Below are positions 25,932 to 36,851 of a DNA stretch of 64,000 nucleotides, one piece after another. A program made the position numbers and the translations under genes. The notes below the pieces were generated by a model that did no database searches, had not been told where the DNA came from, and saw only the letters and a list, made by a program, of their open reading frames with translations. Each line of letters begins with the position of its first letter. Positions within the stretch are counted from its first letter, which is position 1. The DNA lies in IMG/VR virus record IMGVR_UViG_3300032331_002448, positions 20,150 through 84,149 of that record; one strand, given 5' to 3'. Source of the stretch: a virus.

Positions 25932-25999
25932 GATAGCTGCACTTAGGGGTTTAAAACTTTCAAGTTTTTGTTAGTTTTAAACCTTTTTCTGCAGCTTTC
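25932..25999 (+). promoter_or_regulatory. RNase III-like processing stem downstream of ssb
   Basis: AGCTGCA-CTT-14-bp stem-TTC-TGCAGCT. Confidence 0.6.
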
Positions 26000-26014
26000 G
26001 TTCTTACGGAAGCT

Positions 26015-26695
26015 GTGTTCTTTACCAGAAAGATCATGCAAGCTCAAGACAGCTGGATTTATTTGCCACCTGTAGACAATCATCGCATTCTTTGGAATGG
26101 TGGTGATTCAACCATGATTCACTTCCAAGTTTTCGATGGCTCTGAATGGAATGACATGAGCAGTAAAACGTTTATGTCATTCCCAACTGGATCCAAAGAA
26201 CTGTATTGCGAAATGCAAGAGTTCTATCAAGACTGCTTGGAGGAGCATGGCCTCAACCAAGCTTGAAGAGCTTCACCCTGTAGAAATACTGATCTTGGTA
26301 TTTCTTGTAGTGCTTGAAGCCATCATTACACTTTGCACCGTCACACCAAAACTATGGAAATCAAAGGATTCTGCAACGATCTCAGCATCGACGAAGTTGA
26401 GTGCCAGCTCGAAGACCAGTACGAGTGCGCCAGAAGAGAGCCAACCACAGTCAACGTCTACATTGTCAGCACCAGTGAAACAAGCGTCGGCATCTGTAAG
26501 CACGCGCACGCGGTCAACACGTTCTGTGTCTTCTCGAAAGAACAGGCAATCAGGACTGCAAAAGAACAGTACATTAAGTGGCGCAACTACAACGGTGACT
26601 CCCCTCACTCAAAATTCATCACCAGCATGAGAGTAAGTGTCAAATTTGACACTAACCCTGCAAAGCACAAGACTTGGTGGTTACATTCTAAATAG
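26015..26695 (+). other. three small hypothetical ORFs, two overlapping out of frame
   Basis: ORF track 26015..26266, 26247..26630, 26333..26695. Confidence 0.5.
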
Positions 26696-26700
26696 GTAGA

Positions 26701-26727
26701 ATGGTGCCAGTGTTTCTCTGGCACCAT
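26701..26727 (+). promoter_or_regulatory. hairpin sequestering the lysozyme start codon
   Basis: ATGGTGCCAG/CTGGCACCAT perfect 10-bp stem; TAGAAT at 26697-26702. Confidence 0.65.
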
Positions 26728-27352
26728 GAAATTACTTGATTTCTTTAAGCATTACAAAGGATTGCCGCACCAGGACAAAGCGATTGAGCAGTTAGAGCCT
26801 CTGATTGATCCAGAGGTACTGACAGCTGCTCAATCGTGGTACAAGACTTGGAGTACGCCACCTTCTGCTCCTGCCACCACCACAGCCAACTATGCACCAG
26901 CAGTACAGCTGATTAAGGAGTACGAAGGTTGTGTTCTGAAAGCGTATCCTGATCCTGGTACTGGCGGTGATCCTTGGACAATTGGCTATGGCAATACATT
27001 TTATCCAAACGGCGCCAGGGTTAAACCGGGTGACGTAATTACTAAAGATAAAGCAACGGAGCTTTTGTATGGAGAGGTTAATCGCATTGCGAAGATCCTC
27101 GAATCAAAAATTCCTGCTTGGAAAGAACTGAACAATAATCAACGGTCAGCACTTATAAGTTTTTCTTATAACGTGGGGCCTTACTGGTACAACTCAGACG
27201 GCTTTGGAACAATCTCGCGCACAATTGCGTCCCGCCTTTGGAAGAATGTTCCAGACGTTTTCAAGTTGTACGTCAACCCAGGTACTTCAGTTACTTTTGG
27301 ATTAACCAGGCGTCGTATCGCTGAAGGAAATCTCTGGTTTAAACCAGTTTGA
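26726..27352 (+). CDS. endolysin, GH24 phage lysozyme with short N-terminal domain
   Basis: LIKEYEGCVLKAYPDPGTGGDPWTIGYG, ALISFSYNVG, GLTRRRIAE. Confidence 0.9.
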   Translation: MKLLDFFKHYKGLPHQDKAIEQLEPLIDPEVLTAAQSWYKTWSTPPSAPATTTANYAPAVQLIKEYEGCVLKAYPDPGTGGDPWTIGYGNTFYPNGARVKPGDVITKDKATELLYGEVNRIAKILESKIPAWKELNNNQRSALISFSYNVGPYWYNSDGFGTISRTIASRLWKNVPDVFKLYVNPGTSVTFGLTRRRIAEGNLWFKPV

Positions 27353-27661
27353 GTTACGTTTATTTTTTGTACCAACTTTGGAGATGATTAATGACTGCTT
27401 TTTTTGACCGCGAGTTGTTAATTGAAAATTATGTTGAGCAAATTATTGATAATATGGACAGTAAAACAATGATGCGCATAATTTATGAAACTCTGGTGGA
27501 CAATCTTTCATCTTATTCTGATGAAGAATTGATCACTGTGGTTACAGAGCACTATCCTGAATTACTGGAGAATGTCAAATGACTTTTGATCATGAATTTC
27601 TGATCAAAAATTGCATCTTACTTTCTTTTTTATAAGTTACTGAGTAAAAGTTAAGTTTGAT

Positions 27662-27689
27662 TAGGGGGCTGCGCATCCTATAAACGCAG
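27662..27689 (+). ncRNA. pseudoknot B (copy 1)
   Basis: TAGGG/TCCTA and CTGCG/CGCAG. Confidence 0.7.
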
Positions 27690-28020
27690 AACGTTCTTTG
27701 CTTTTTTTCTCATGTCCTTTGGATACGGAATGGACATCACTGTTACGTGGCCAAGAATCTGGTGCCATGAAGCCAAGCGCATGGTTCCAGGAAAAGTTTT
27801 TCAACTGATAAATAGCACCGAGCCAGATGATCTTGAGGATCTTCAAGAGATTCTTCGCTCTGCTTATATCACTGGTAAGGAAATTACTATTGAACTCAGT
27901 CAATGGCAACCGTCAGATGAAGATTTGTGCGGTGAGCCGCCAATGACAATGGATGAGATGCACAATGAAGCTTGGAAACAGCATCAAGAGATGCATTCTT
28001 AAATGCTGAACTGAACTACA

Positions 28021-28047
28021 AGGGGGCTGCGCATCCTACAAACGCAG
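28021..28047 (+). ncRNA. pseudoknot B (copy 2)
   Basis: AGGG/TCCT and CTGCG/CGCAG. Confidence 0.7.
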
Positions 28048-28595
28048 AACTTTACACACTCACTTCACTACCATGAAAGACATTGTTTCAATTGAATCTT
28101 TCAAACTAAATAGAGAGGGTGACATTGTTGTCACTGCAATAGTTGAAGATGTTGTTTGTGTGCTTGCAGGATCTCATCTTGATCCTCCTGAGTATGCACC
28201 AGGCTATTGCGCAATTACAGTGCCAGCGATGGATCTTCCTCCTATCTGTTTGACAGATCTTAATGAAGAAGATCTAGAGGAAGTTGTAAATCGTTACGCA
28301 AACCTCAATGCGTACGAGTGGAAGCCTATGATTGTTGACGTCTCAGATTTGGAGGATTGATCAATGACTGACATTGAAACCTGGATGAAACCTTTTGTTC
28401 CTGCAGATCCTATTAACATCAGCAGCGATAGTGGAAATATTGGTAGATTTTATTGGCAAAATAAAGTAACATGCAGCATAGAACAATGGGGAGATAACAA
28501 TTTTTATGAGATTGTTATCTCCGAACTTAATGGTGTGTCTGCCTTTCTTTGGACTGAATTTGATTGGATTGCTTGGGTAATGGGAGGATGGAACA

Positions 28596-28949
28596 ATGAC
28601 TAACCAACACCCCGTCACCCCACCGCCGGATCTGGTGCAGCAGTGGGTAGCCGAAATCTGGCACGAAGGGACCCCAGTTCGAGTTGCACTTAGCGACGAA
28701 CACATCGCCACCCGCGCTGCCCAATGGGGCGCCGACCAGGAGCTGGAGGCGTGTCTCAGGTTAGTTGAAATTGAAGTTTGCGATGGCGCCTATGAGTTGT
28801 CTCGCTACATCCGCACAGCCCGCCGCCCCAAGCCTCCGACTCTGAACAGCATTGCCCTGCAGATGCTGGGCACCATCGAGCGTGACGCTCACTATCTGCC
28901 TGAGATCACCGACACCATCCGCAAAGCACTGGAGCAACTCAATGATTAA
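28596..28949 (+). CDS. hypothetical protein, paralog of 36852..37202
   Basis: TPPPDLVQQW and AAQWGADQELEAC motifs; GC-rich. Confidence 0.7.
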   Translation: MTNQHPVTPPPDLVQQWVAEIWHEGTPVRVALSDEHIATRAAQWGADQELEACLRLVEIEVCDGAYELSRYIRTARRPKPPTLNSIALQMLGTIERDAHYLPEITDTIRKALEQLND

Positions 28950-29154
28950 TCATCACATCATCGTTACCACGCAAGAACAAGAAGCTATTGTCAACGCATT
29001 AGCTTTCTTCGATTGGATGTTTTATCAATCTATTGGAGAAGAAGGAAGTGACTGGTCAATGAAAGATTGGAAAGATGTTGCTAAAGAATATCCATCTGAT
29101 TTGATGGATAAGTTAGCGACAAAGGTTGCTACCAGTAACTAAGAAGTAAATCAA

Positions 29155-29182
29155 TAGGGGGTTGCGCATCCTATAAACGCAA
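29155..29182 (+). ncRNA. pseudoknot B (copy 3)
   Basis: TAGGG/TCCTA and TTGCG/CGCAA (compensatory change). Confidence 0.7.
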
Positions 29183-31909
29183 ACCATTCTTTGTTTTGCA
29201 CTTAACCATGAATGATGACACACCTAAAGGACCATACGAAACCTATCTTCTTGTTACAGATAAAGATGACTACGAATCTGTAATGGAAATTCAAGAAGAT
29301 GAACTTCTTGATCTTGAGGTATTAATTTCTAAATGGATTGAACGTGACCTAGATAATGGTTGGTATCTAGTTCAACCGTTTGATTCCAACAACAAAATCT
29401 TTGGTGATTATTATGCTGTCATTATTACTGATTGGCGGCCATTAGATTCTGTTGTTGTTTGGGAGGGAGCATACTTTTTTGTTGACTGCAAAGAATGAAA
29501 TCAAAATCTATCTGTATTGATCCTGTTGCCAAACTTATTGATCATCTTGATGAGCTGACAGTTGATGCACTTAATGCATACACTTCAGCTTATAAAGGTG
29601 CTACATGGCATGAAATTGGCAAAGCATTTGATGCTGTTGTAGCGCACCCTGCAAGTAGATGGACCCGCAAGGATCTGTCTGCCAGGCAGAAAAAATTACA
29701 CTTTGGTTTTTAATTGATTATGCTTACCACAGTTGTTGTTGCCATCAAAATTGATGGCGCATGGAAGGAATATTCATTTGAATGCAGAGATCCCCAATGG
29801 CGCATTGCATTCAAAACAATGAAAGATAGCGGCTATCCTATTCGTTTGCTTTATCGTTGACAATGAAAACTACTACTGAAGACAAACTTTACAGTAAAAC
29901 TTGTGAGGTTTGGCACTTGCTTCACACAGCAGAGCAATTGATTGTCAACGATGAAAACTTTCACCCCAATGTTCTGCAAAGTTTAAACAATTGTCTTGAC
30001 ATTGTTGAGACTTTACAAAACAAACTTGAAAAAACAATTGCAAGCTAATGGAAACTGAAATCAAGCCTTCTCCGTATCTACCAGATGTATATCCCAACTA
30101 CCAAGCAAAGAAAGAACCATTCAAAGGTTCTGCTTATGCTGGCAGGAATGGCATGGGATACGGATCAAAGATTCCAACTGATTGGATGATTCGTATTAAC
30201 AAAAAGTGGCATCGTGTTTACGTTGTTTGTTATAGCAACGTAGGCACAGCGTACATCAAAACGAAAGAACATCCTTTCATTGTTGTACGTGATTGCGATC
30301 TACCAACTGATTGAACTTTACCAACGCACTTAAACCATGTACTTTGATCGGTTTGACATTTGTAAAGCGTGGTATCTATGGCTTAGCCACTACCATAGCG
30401 GTCAATGGAGTGATGAGTACGTCAGGCTCTGTAAGCTATCGACGTACTTCACTCCAGGTCCATTGCTTTCTTATGAGTCTTTGTCTGAGAATGGCAAAGC
30501 TATCTACGACAACCTTTGCACTAAGGAGAACAGCAAATGACTGACACCATCAAAGACCATGCTGAGCAGATCATGGCAGCATTCTGGACTGCTCCACGAT
30601 CAGCCACCAGGCGCCAGCAGGTAGCAGCCGCATTGAAAGCTGCTACTGAATTACTTCCTAAAGATGACACAGTAACTGATACCTTTGAAGAAGGTCTTCA
30701 GTATGGACTGATAACTGCATCGAAGATCTTCCTTGATATTGCTACAGAATTAGAGATAGAAATATCTAACACTATTAAATGGGAGGTTGAATACACCGAT
30801 ACATTTGGAGGAGAAGCTAACTACTCCTGGGTTAAGCGTGCAGAGTTTGAGATGCCAGACAACGCAACCAACAATCAAATCACAAAGAAAGCTAAAGCTG
30901 CAATAGGATTGACAGGCGTACGCTGTTCAACAGTAGAACTGTGGGATGGATTCCAGATCACTCCTATCAACTCTTGCACTACTGTATTTGTTACGTCGGT
31001 GATATAGGATGATAAATTTTATTTGCTTAACAATTTTATGTGTGCAGTCTCACCTTGGACTAGGGACTGTGCGTTTTCAATCTCAAGATTATCTTATCTA
31101 TTTAACAGATACTGCAACTTATTTGTGTCACATCAATGATACAAATTACAAGTGCAATTACCTTGAGAAAGGTGTGTTCTTACCACTCTACTAATCATGT
31201 TCCGCAACCTTCTTCGTTTCTTTCTTCATCGCAACAAAGACAAGGCAGCAATTAAAAGCACCATTAAAAATACTGCATCTGCCAGCAAAGAATTAGATGA
31301 GAGCGATGCTTACAGCCTTGAAGTCCTGAATGCAATGCAAGCTGTAATCAGAATGAAAGAAGCTGCTGATCGTGAAGGTGTTGGTTTTGCTGCTGGCTTT
31401 GTCACACCCAACGGCAAACGATTCCTTGTCAGTAATGTTGGTGGAGAGAACCAGGGCACTAAGTATGTCAACTACTGGCTTGACAAAACAGAGCAGCGTA
31501 TTAAGAAAAGTAACAAGGAGGCTAGCTAGGTAGCACCGTAAAGTACGCTTACAAGTTACAAGACCCTCCAATGAACCTGTTCACTGCCATGGAAAACAAA
31601 CAACAATCACGAGAAACCAAATTGCGTTCTTCTTACTCTGCAAAGCTGAGCACTGTCCTTGAGATCATGAAGGATCTTTCAGCTCAAAGTTTGTTCATCG
31701 ACTGCATCACTTCAGATCAAGAGGCAAACATTGATGCCACCATTGAATTTATTACAGCAGTAAAGAATCAAGTGGATCCTGTCTTCTTTACTTCAAACCT
31801 GAACCTTGCTCTTGCCGAACAGGATCAGAAATTTAAGGAGGATCAGGAAGCATGGGAGCAAAAGCTTGATCAACCTATGTGATCATTAACAAAATCTAAA
31901 GAGATGAAC

Positions 31910-31942
31910 TGGGTCCTAAGCATGACCCATCAAAAAAGGCTT
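31910..31942 (+). ncRNA. pseudoknot C (copy 1)
   Basis: TGGGTC/GACCCA and AAGC/GCTT. Confidence 0.55.
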
Positions 31943-33920
31943 GTTCTTTGCATGAAACTATCATGTTCTACACCTCGGCTCAGTTCCTGTCAGCTATCAA
32001 TCAACTGAAGCTCATCAACCAGATGACAGGATCTTACGTTCAGCCTACGGTTAACGTTGAGCAGTTCATGAAACCTTTTAACTGCCCGCCTGCCCCTAAG
32101 CTGCACGATTGGCTGCCTGATCTTGATCAACACAACAACTTCTGATCAGTGCCAGCAAGAAATTACTGGAGGCAGTACGCACTATTTAAAAGTAGTGTGT
32201 ACGCAGTCAACAGTATCACATCAGTTCTAGTGGTCCTATTTGCTATGGACCACATTTTTTTTAACCGTTCACTCAAAGGATTGAAGCCATGGCAGGTTGC
32301 ATTGCTCGTCGAGCGCATACCTAAAATGCTTTCAACTCTGCAACAAACCTTTACAAAAACTAGGAGGTATCATTGACGGCAAATTAAGAAAGCTTTAATG
32401 ATTTCACTGGTATAGAAGAGGTTCCATCACTACGGTAAAGGAGCCTCTTTTTTCAGTGGTGCCAATGGTTTTAAGAACTACAAAGACCTGGACTCAGCAA
32501 GGTTTCTTCCCCGCATAATAAGATACCGGGAAGTAAATAAACCATGGAAAACACCACAGAAAACGCAACAAAACTTGCTTGGGCAGTTCTTGTTAAAGGA
32601 GCCAACGGAAGGAGTGAAGTTATTAAAGTTACCAACCACGAGGATGCTGATCAAACGATCCTAAGTAATCCTCAAATGTTCTACAAGTCTGGTCCTTTTG
32701 TTTTAAAGTAATGCTTGATTCCCAAATAGAAACACTTTGGCAAGAGTCTTTAAACACCTCCAGGATACCTGTTCAGGGTGGAATGTCTCAAACCTATGAT
32801 CCTATTAAAGTTTTTGCTAAAAAGATTGCTGAGTATCTTGTTGATCAAACAGCAGATCCTGTTTCAAAGGATCAAATTAGAAAAGCTTGTGGACTCTTTG
32901 AAAGGTCAAGTGTAGTTGTTTCTACCGTTAATGGCAAAAGTTTTGAGGTGAAAGATGCAGTAGTTCTTACTCATGAGCATTTAACTGAACAAGAATGGAG
33001 AAACTATAACAGTGCTGCTCCAATGGAAAGGCGTGCAATCGCTAAAGACAGAGGAACTCCTTTGAAGCAACTAATACAATTAGATACCCTGCTACGGTAA
33101 CTTACAATACAATTTTCAAAAAACCCAAAACTTTTCAAACAATGAAAATTCCAGTCACCGGCTACGTTGTCATGATGCACCACCAGGATCTTGGTACGTT
33201 TGCGCCAGCATTCAGAACCATTGACGAAGCTGAGGAATTTTCTAATGCCATGAAGCTCGGGTCAACCTTTATGGTTGCAGAAGCTGTTCCAATTGTTCAG
33301 ACAATTACCAGTACAGAGTACGTTACTCACTGATCAAACTTAATAAGAGTAACGCTGTGGTATCTTTTAGGTACTGCAGCTTTTTTGTACATGGCCATTG
33401 TTGTTAGCGTGTCTGTACCAGATGAACTTGCTACTCGTTGGCAGGAATCTGATCTGGACATCAGCCCTTCACGTTTATTTCAAACTGCATTAGAGACCGA
33501 ACTCAATAAATCCAATCAGCATCTTACTTATTGGAGTACACGTGCTCTTAATGCAGAGAAAAAACTGAAGGCAATCGCTCAACTTGCCAATGCCAATGAC
33601 AAAACCATCAAGAAATTCTTGATGATGGACACGTTAAATAAAGATTGAGTTAAAAAAATGACTCAATTTGTAAGTGGTATCACTCCCGCCAGGGGGTAAC
33701 CACCACCAAAGGCTATATCTATTAAATAAACTAATACATAATCAATAAACAATAACAACTAACAATCAACCAATAAAAAAGCCAAGGGCACTACTCCTTG
33801 GCTCAGTTGCTTTGCACACACACACCAGGGGACCATGCTCCCCTCTTGCATTTTACCTGTTTACAGCTACACTATCCATGCAGGCGTGGCCACACGCTGC
33901 ACACACCTCTTCGTTTCCTC

Positions 33921-34358
33921 ATGAGCCCCTTCAACTTCCGTTCTGTCCAGTCCCTTGAGCTGTCCAATGATGACAACCCGACGGTCACGATCAAGGACAA
34001 CATCCTTGTGCTGACTGCTACCAGGGGGACTGAGCAGATTCAGATCACCACGCCGATCAAGTTTTCTACGATCATTCAGAACACAGTGACGGCGCCAGTG
34101 CGTCACCGTGATTACTCCAGCCGTAGGGGTGTTCCTATTGCTGGTGGAGACAAGCGTGCCGGAGAGAAAAATAAGATGGCAAAGCTTACGGATTCTGCTG
34201 TTCGTGAAATTCGCATGATCCTTGCCGATGAAGGCATGGTGAAGAAGTATCCAAATAAAAGTGCTCTGTATCAAGATATTGCAAAAGCTTATGGTGTTCA
34301 CATGTACACCATTAAAAATGTAGCAACCAACGTTAGCTGGAAGCACATCAGTATTTGA
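33921..34358 (+). CDS. protein with C-terminal HTH of the type appended to phage HNH nucleases
   Basis: GEKNKMAKLTDSAVREIR...IAKAYGV...TIKNV...WKHI. Confidence 0.65.
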   Translation: MSPFNFRSVQSLELSNDDNPTVTIKDNILVLTATRGTEQIQITTPIKFSTIIQNTVTAPVRHRDYSSRRGVPIAGGDKRAGEKNKMAKLTDSAVREIRMILADEGMVKKYPNKSALYQDIAKAYGVHMYTIKNVATNVSWKHISI

Positions 34359-34359
34359 T

Positions 34360-34728
34360 ATGAACACTTACCTCTTTCGTGTTCAGCTTGGTGATGGCAA
34401 GCCAGTAGAAGCTCCTATCAAAGCGAAAGATGTAGTGACGGCAGTTACAGCAGGGTATCGCCAGTACCCTGCTGCCAGGAACCTGCATCTTATTTCTGTT
34501 ATTCATCCTGATCCGCCCGAACCAGTTGTGTACCCTGATCTAATCGAGGAATCTCACCCTTTGTTTGGTGATTCAGTTATCAGTGTAAAGAACAGGTCTC
34601 CTGATACTAAAGAGAAAATTAAGGAGGCTATTGCTCTTCGATGGAAAGGTTTGAATTACAGACAGATCGGAAAAGAACTTAATGTTCCTGCCCGTCGTGT
34701 TTCTTCTTGGCTCAATCAGTATTGTTAA
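34360..34728 (+). CDS. HTH domain protein
   Basis: AIALRWKGLNYRQIGKELNVPARRVSSWL. Confidence 0.7.
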   Translation: MNTYLFRVQLGDGKPVEAPIKAKDVVTAVTAGYRQYPAARNLHLISVIHPDPPEPVVYPDLIEESHPLFGDSVISVKNRSPDTKEKIKEAIALRWKGLNYRQIGKELNVPARRVSSWLNQYC

Positions 34729-34732
34729 TCCT

Positions 34733-35062
34733 ATGGCTGTTAAATGTCCTGAGTGTCAACAACTGAATAACCGGACTCTAGAAGTTAGAGTTTTGAATGA
34801 CGACACTGCAGTCAGGCGGCGTAAGCTCTGCAAGGACTGTGGCGCCAGGTGGACAACCTACGAACGTTATGAAATTCCTTACAACTTTAATGTTTGTGGT
34901 TCTAAGAATCACAACTCAGTTCTCTTAGAAAAAAACATAAGAGATATACGTAAGGAGTTTCATGAAGGAACAAGTTGTTTAGAACTTTCTCGTAAGTACG
35001 GTGTTAGTCAGTCAACAATAAGTCGGATTATCCGGCGTGTTACCTGGGGCCATGTTGCATGA
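34733..35062 (+). CDS. NrdR-like zinc ribbon fused to HTH
   Basis: CPEC...VRRRKLCKDCGARWTTYER plus LSRKYGVSQSTISRI. Confidence 0.75.
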   Translation: MAVKCPECQQLNNRTLEVRVLNDDTAVRRRKLCKDCGARWTTYERYEIPYNFNVCGSKNHNSVLLEKNIRDIRKEFHEGTSCLELSRKYGVSQSTISRIIRRVTWGHVA

Positions 35063-35337
35063 CGGAACCTAAGATCAGTAGTTACTATCGTAACAAAGAT
35101 GATGAAGTAAGTTATTACTTATCATTGGTTAAGAGGCCACTAAAGAAAAACAAAACAAGCAAGTACAGAGGAGTTTGTTATCTTAAACCTAGGAATCTGT
35201 ACTCAGCTCGTTTGGATTTTAAAGGCCGTAAGTATTATTTAGGTGCTTTTAAAACTGAAGACAAAGCTGCAATTGCTTGGAACAATGCTGCTCTTAAAAT
35301 CATTGGACCTCATGTTCCTTTGAATGTTATTGAGTAA
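35059..35337 (+). CDS. AP2-domain DNA-binding protein
   Basis: SKYRGV...YYLGAFKTEDKAAIAWNNAA. Confidence 0.8.
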   Translation: MTEPKISSYYRNKDDEVSYYLSLVKRPLKKNKTSKYRGVCYLKPRNLYSARLDFKGRKYYLGAFKTEDKAAIAWNNAALKIIGPHVPLNVIE

Positions 35338-35419
35338 AAGTTAAACGATTAATTAATACCCTGGCGTACACAACAGTGTTGTAAGTCCAGGGGTTTTATT
35401 TGTTCTTTGCACTTCATTA

Positions 35420-36376
35420 ATGACTACCACGCAAGCCAAGCTTCCTAAGGTTCCTGACAAAGCACTCGAAGCTTTGACTCAAGGTATTCAATCTGTTCTT
35501 GATTCAAAAGATTGGGGAGGATTCTTGTCAGCTATCAAACAGATTCATAGCTACAGCTTTAACAATCGACTGCTCATTATGAGTGAGCAATTCAAAAGAG
35601 GCTGGGAGCTTAGTCCGTTTGTTGCTGGCAAAACTAAATGGAATGAGAAGTTTAAGCGCCAGCTGAAAGAGGGAGAATATACAAAACCTATCTGGATTCT
35701 TGCTCCTGTTCTTGTTGACAAGCTTGATGACAATGGCAAGGTAATCTATAAACCAGATGGAACACCTTTCAAGATTGCAATTAGATTCAAAGGTGTGCGT
35801 GTTTATGATCAGCATCAAACGCATGGTGAACCTATTCCTGAGGTAAATACAAATGAAATGATGTCACAATTAACTGGTAATGTGCCAGAGCAATTGTTAA
35901 ATTGCTTTGTTAAAATTGCAAGGCAACGAAGTGTAGATGTTGATATTAATGTAGATACTGCAGCTATGCAAGGTGCATTGGGACGTTGCTGGTTTAAGAA
36001 TGCAGGACGTGCTAGCAAGATTGAATTAGTTCAAGATTTAAATCTTGCAACACAAGTTAGCGTAATGGCACACGAACTTGCTCATGCAATTCTACACAAT
36101 CGTGACGAATATCTTGAGCATGATTCTAGTTCTATTAAAGAGCTGGAGGCAGAATCAGTTGCATATCTTGTTTGCTCTCACTATAATCTCGACCTTGGTA
36201 ATAGAAGCTTTCGGTATATTGTTTATCACAACACTGCATCAGATGATGTTGTTGCAGACCTTTTGAAATCTGGTAGCAGAATTATTACTGCTTACGAAGA
36301 GATCATTGGTAAGGCCGACGCAATGCTTGCACCTGTGTCAAGTTTTGTAACGGATAAAGTTTTGGTTCCAGCTTGA
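35420..36376 (+). CDS. ArdC-like protein (ssDNA-binding N-domain plus zincin domain)
   Basis: HSYSFNNRLLI, HELAH and ELEAESVAY motifs. Confidence 0.8.
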   Translation: MTTTQAKLPKVPDKALEALTQGIQSVLDSKDWGGFLSAIKQIHSYSFNNRLLIMSEQFKRGWELSPFVAGKTKWNEKFKRQLKEGEYTKPIWILAPVLVDKLDDNGKVIYKPDGTPFKIAIRFKGVRVYDQHQTHGEPIPEVNTNEMMSQLTGNVPEQLLNCFVKIARQRSVDVDINVDTAAMQGALGRCWFKNAGRASKIELVQDLNLATQVSVMAHELAHAILHNRDEYLEHDSSSIKELEAESVAYLVCSHYNLDLGNRSFRYIVYHNTASDDVVADLLKSGSRIITAYEEIIGKADAMLAPVSSFVTDKVLVPA

Positions 36377-36387
36377 CAGTAATCTAT

Positions 36388-36411
36388 GCCAGGGAATCCC
36401 CCTGGTTTTTT
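36388..36411 (+). terminator. intrinsic terminator after the ArdC-like gene
   Basis: GCCAGGG/CCCTGGT stem plus T-run. Confidence 0.55.
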
Positions 36412-36851
36412 CTTATGGCACATTCAATTAACACGCGCTTCATTCCTTCCGAAGAACAGGTAGCTGAATGGCTATCTAAAATCTACGGCATGACATTAAA
36501 TCGTGCTCCATCTATGCAAGAAAAAATGCTTGCAAAGATAGCAGCTGAATGGGGATTGCACCAGAAAGAATCCTATGAAGAATTTCTTTTTTCTGAAGGA
36601 TTATTGACAAGCCAAAAGGTTGTTGATGCTATCAAAAAAGTGGTTATCCCAACAATCAATGCTCATGATACAAAAGAAGAATGGATTACTCTTCTTGATG
36701 AAAAAGATATTTTAGAGATACTTAATGTAGCTATTGATGCCATGAGGGACTGATGGATTTTTATCATTTGTTTTTAATTTGTGCTGGTTACTGGTTAATT
36801 TGTGCAGCTCTTATTTGCCTTGCTAAATCTATTCTTCCTTGACACACAATT

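Larger units (their letters stand above)
27391..33648 (+). other. cluster of about 25 small hypothetical early ORFs
   Basis: Tightly packed plus-strand ORFs of ~45-156 aa; no domains recognised with confidence. Confidence 0.7.
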
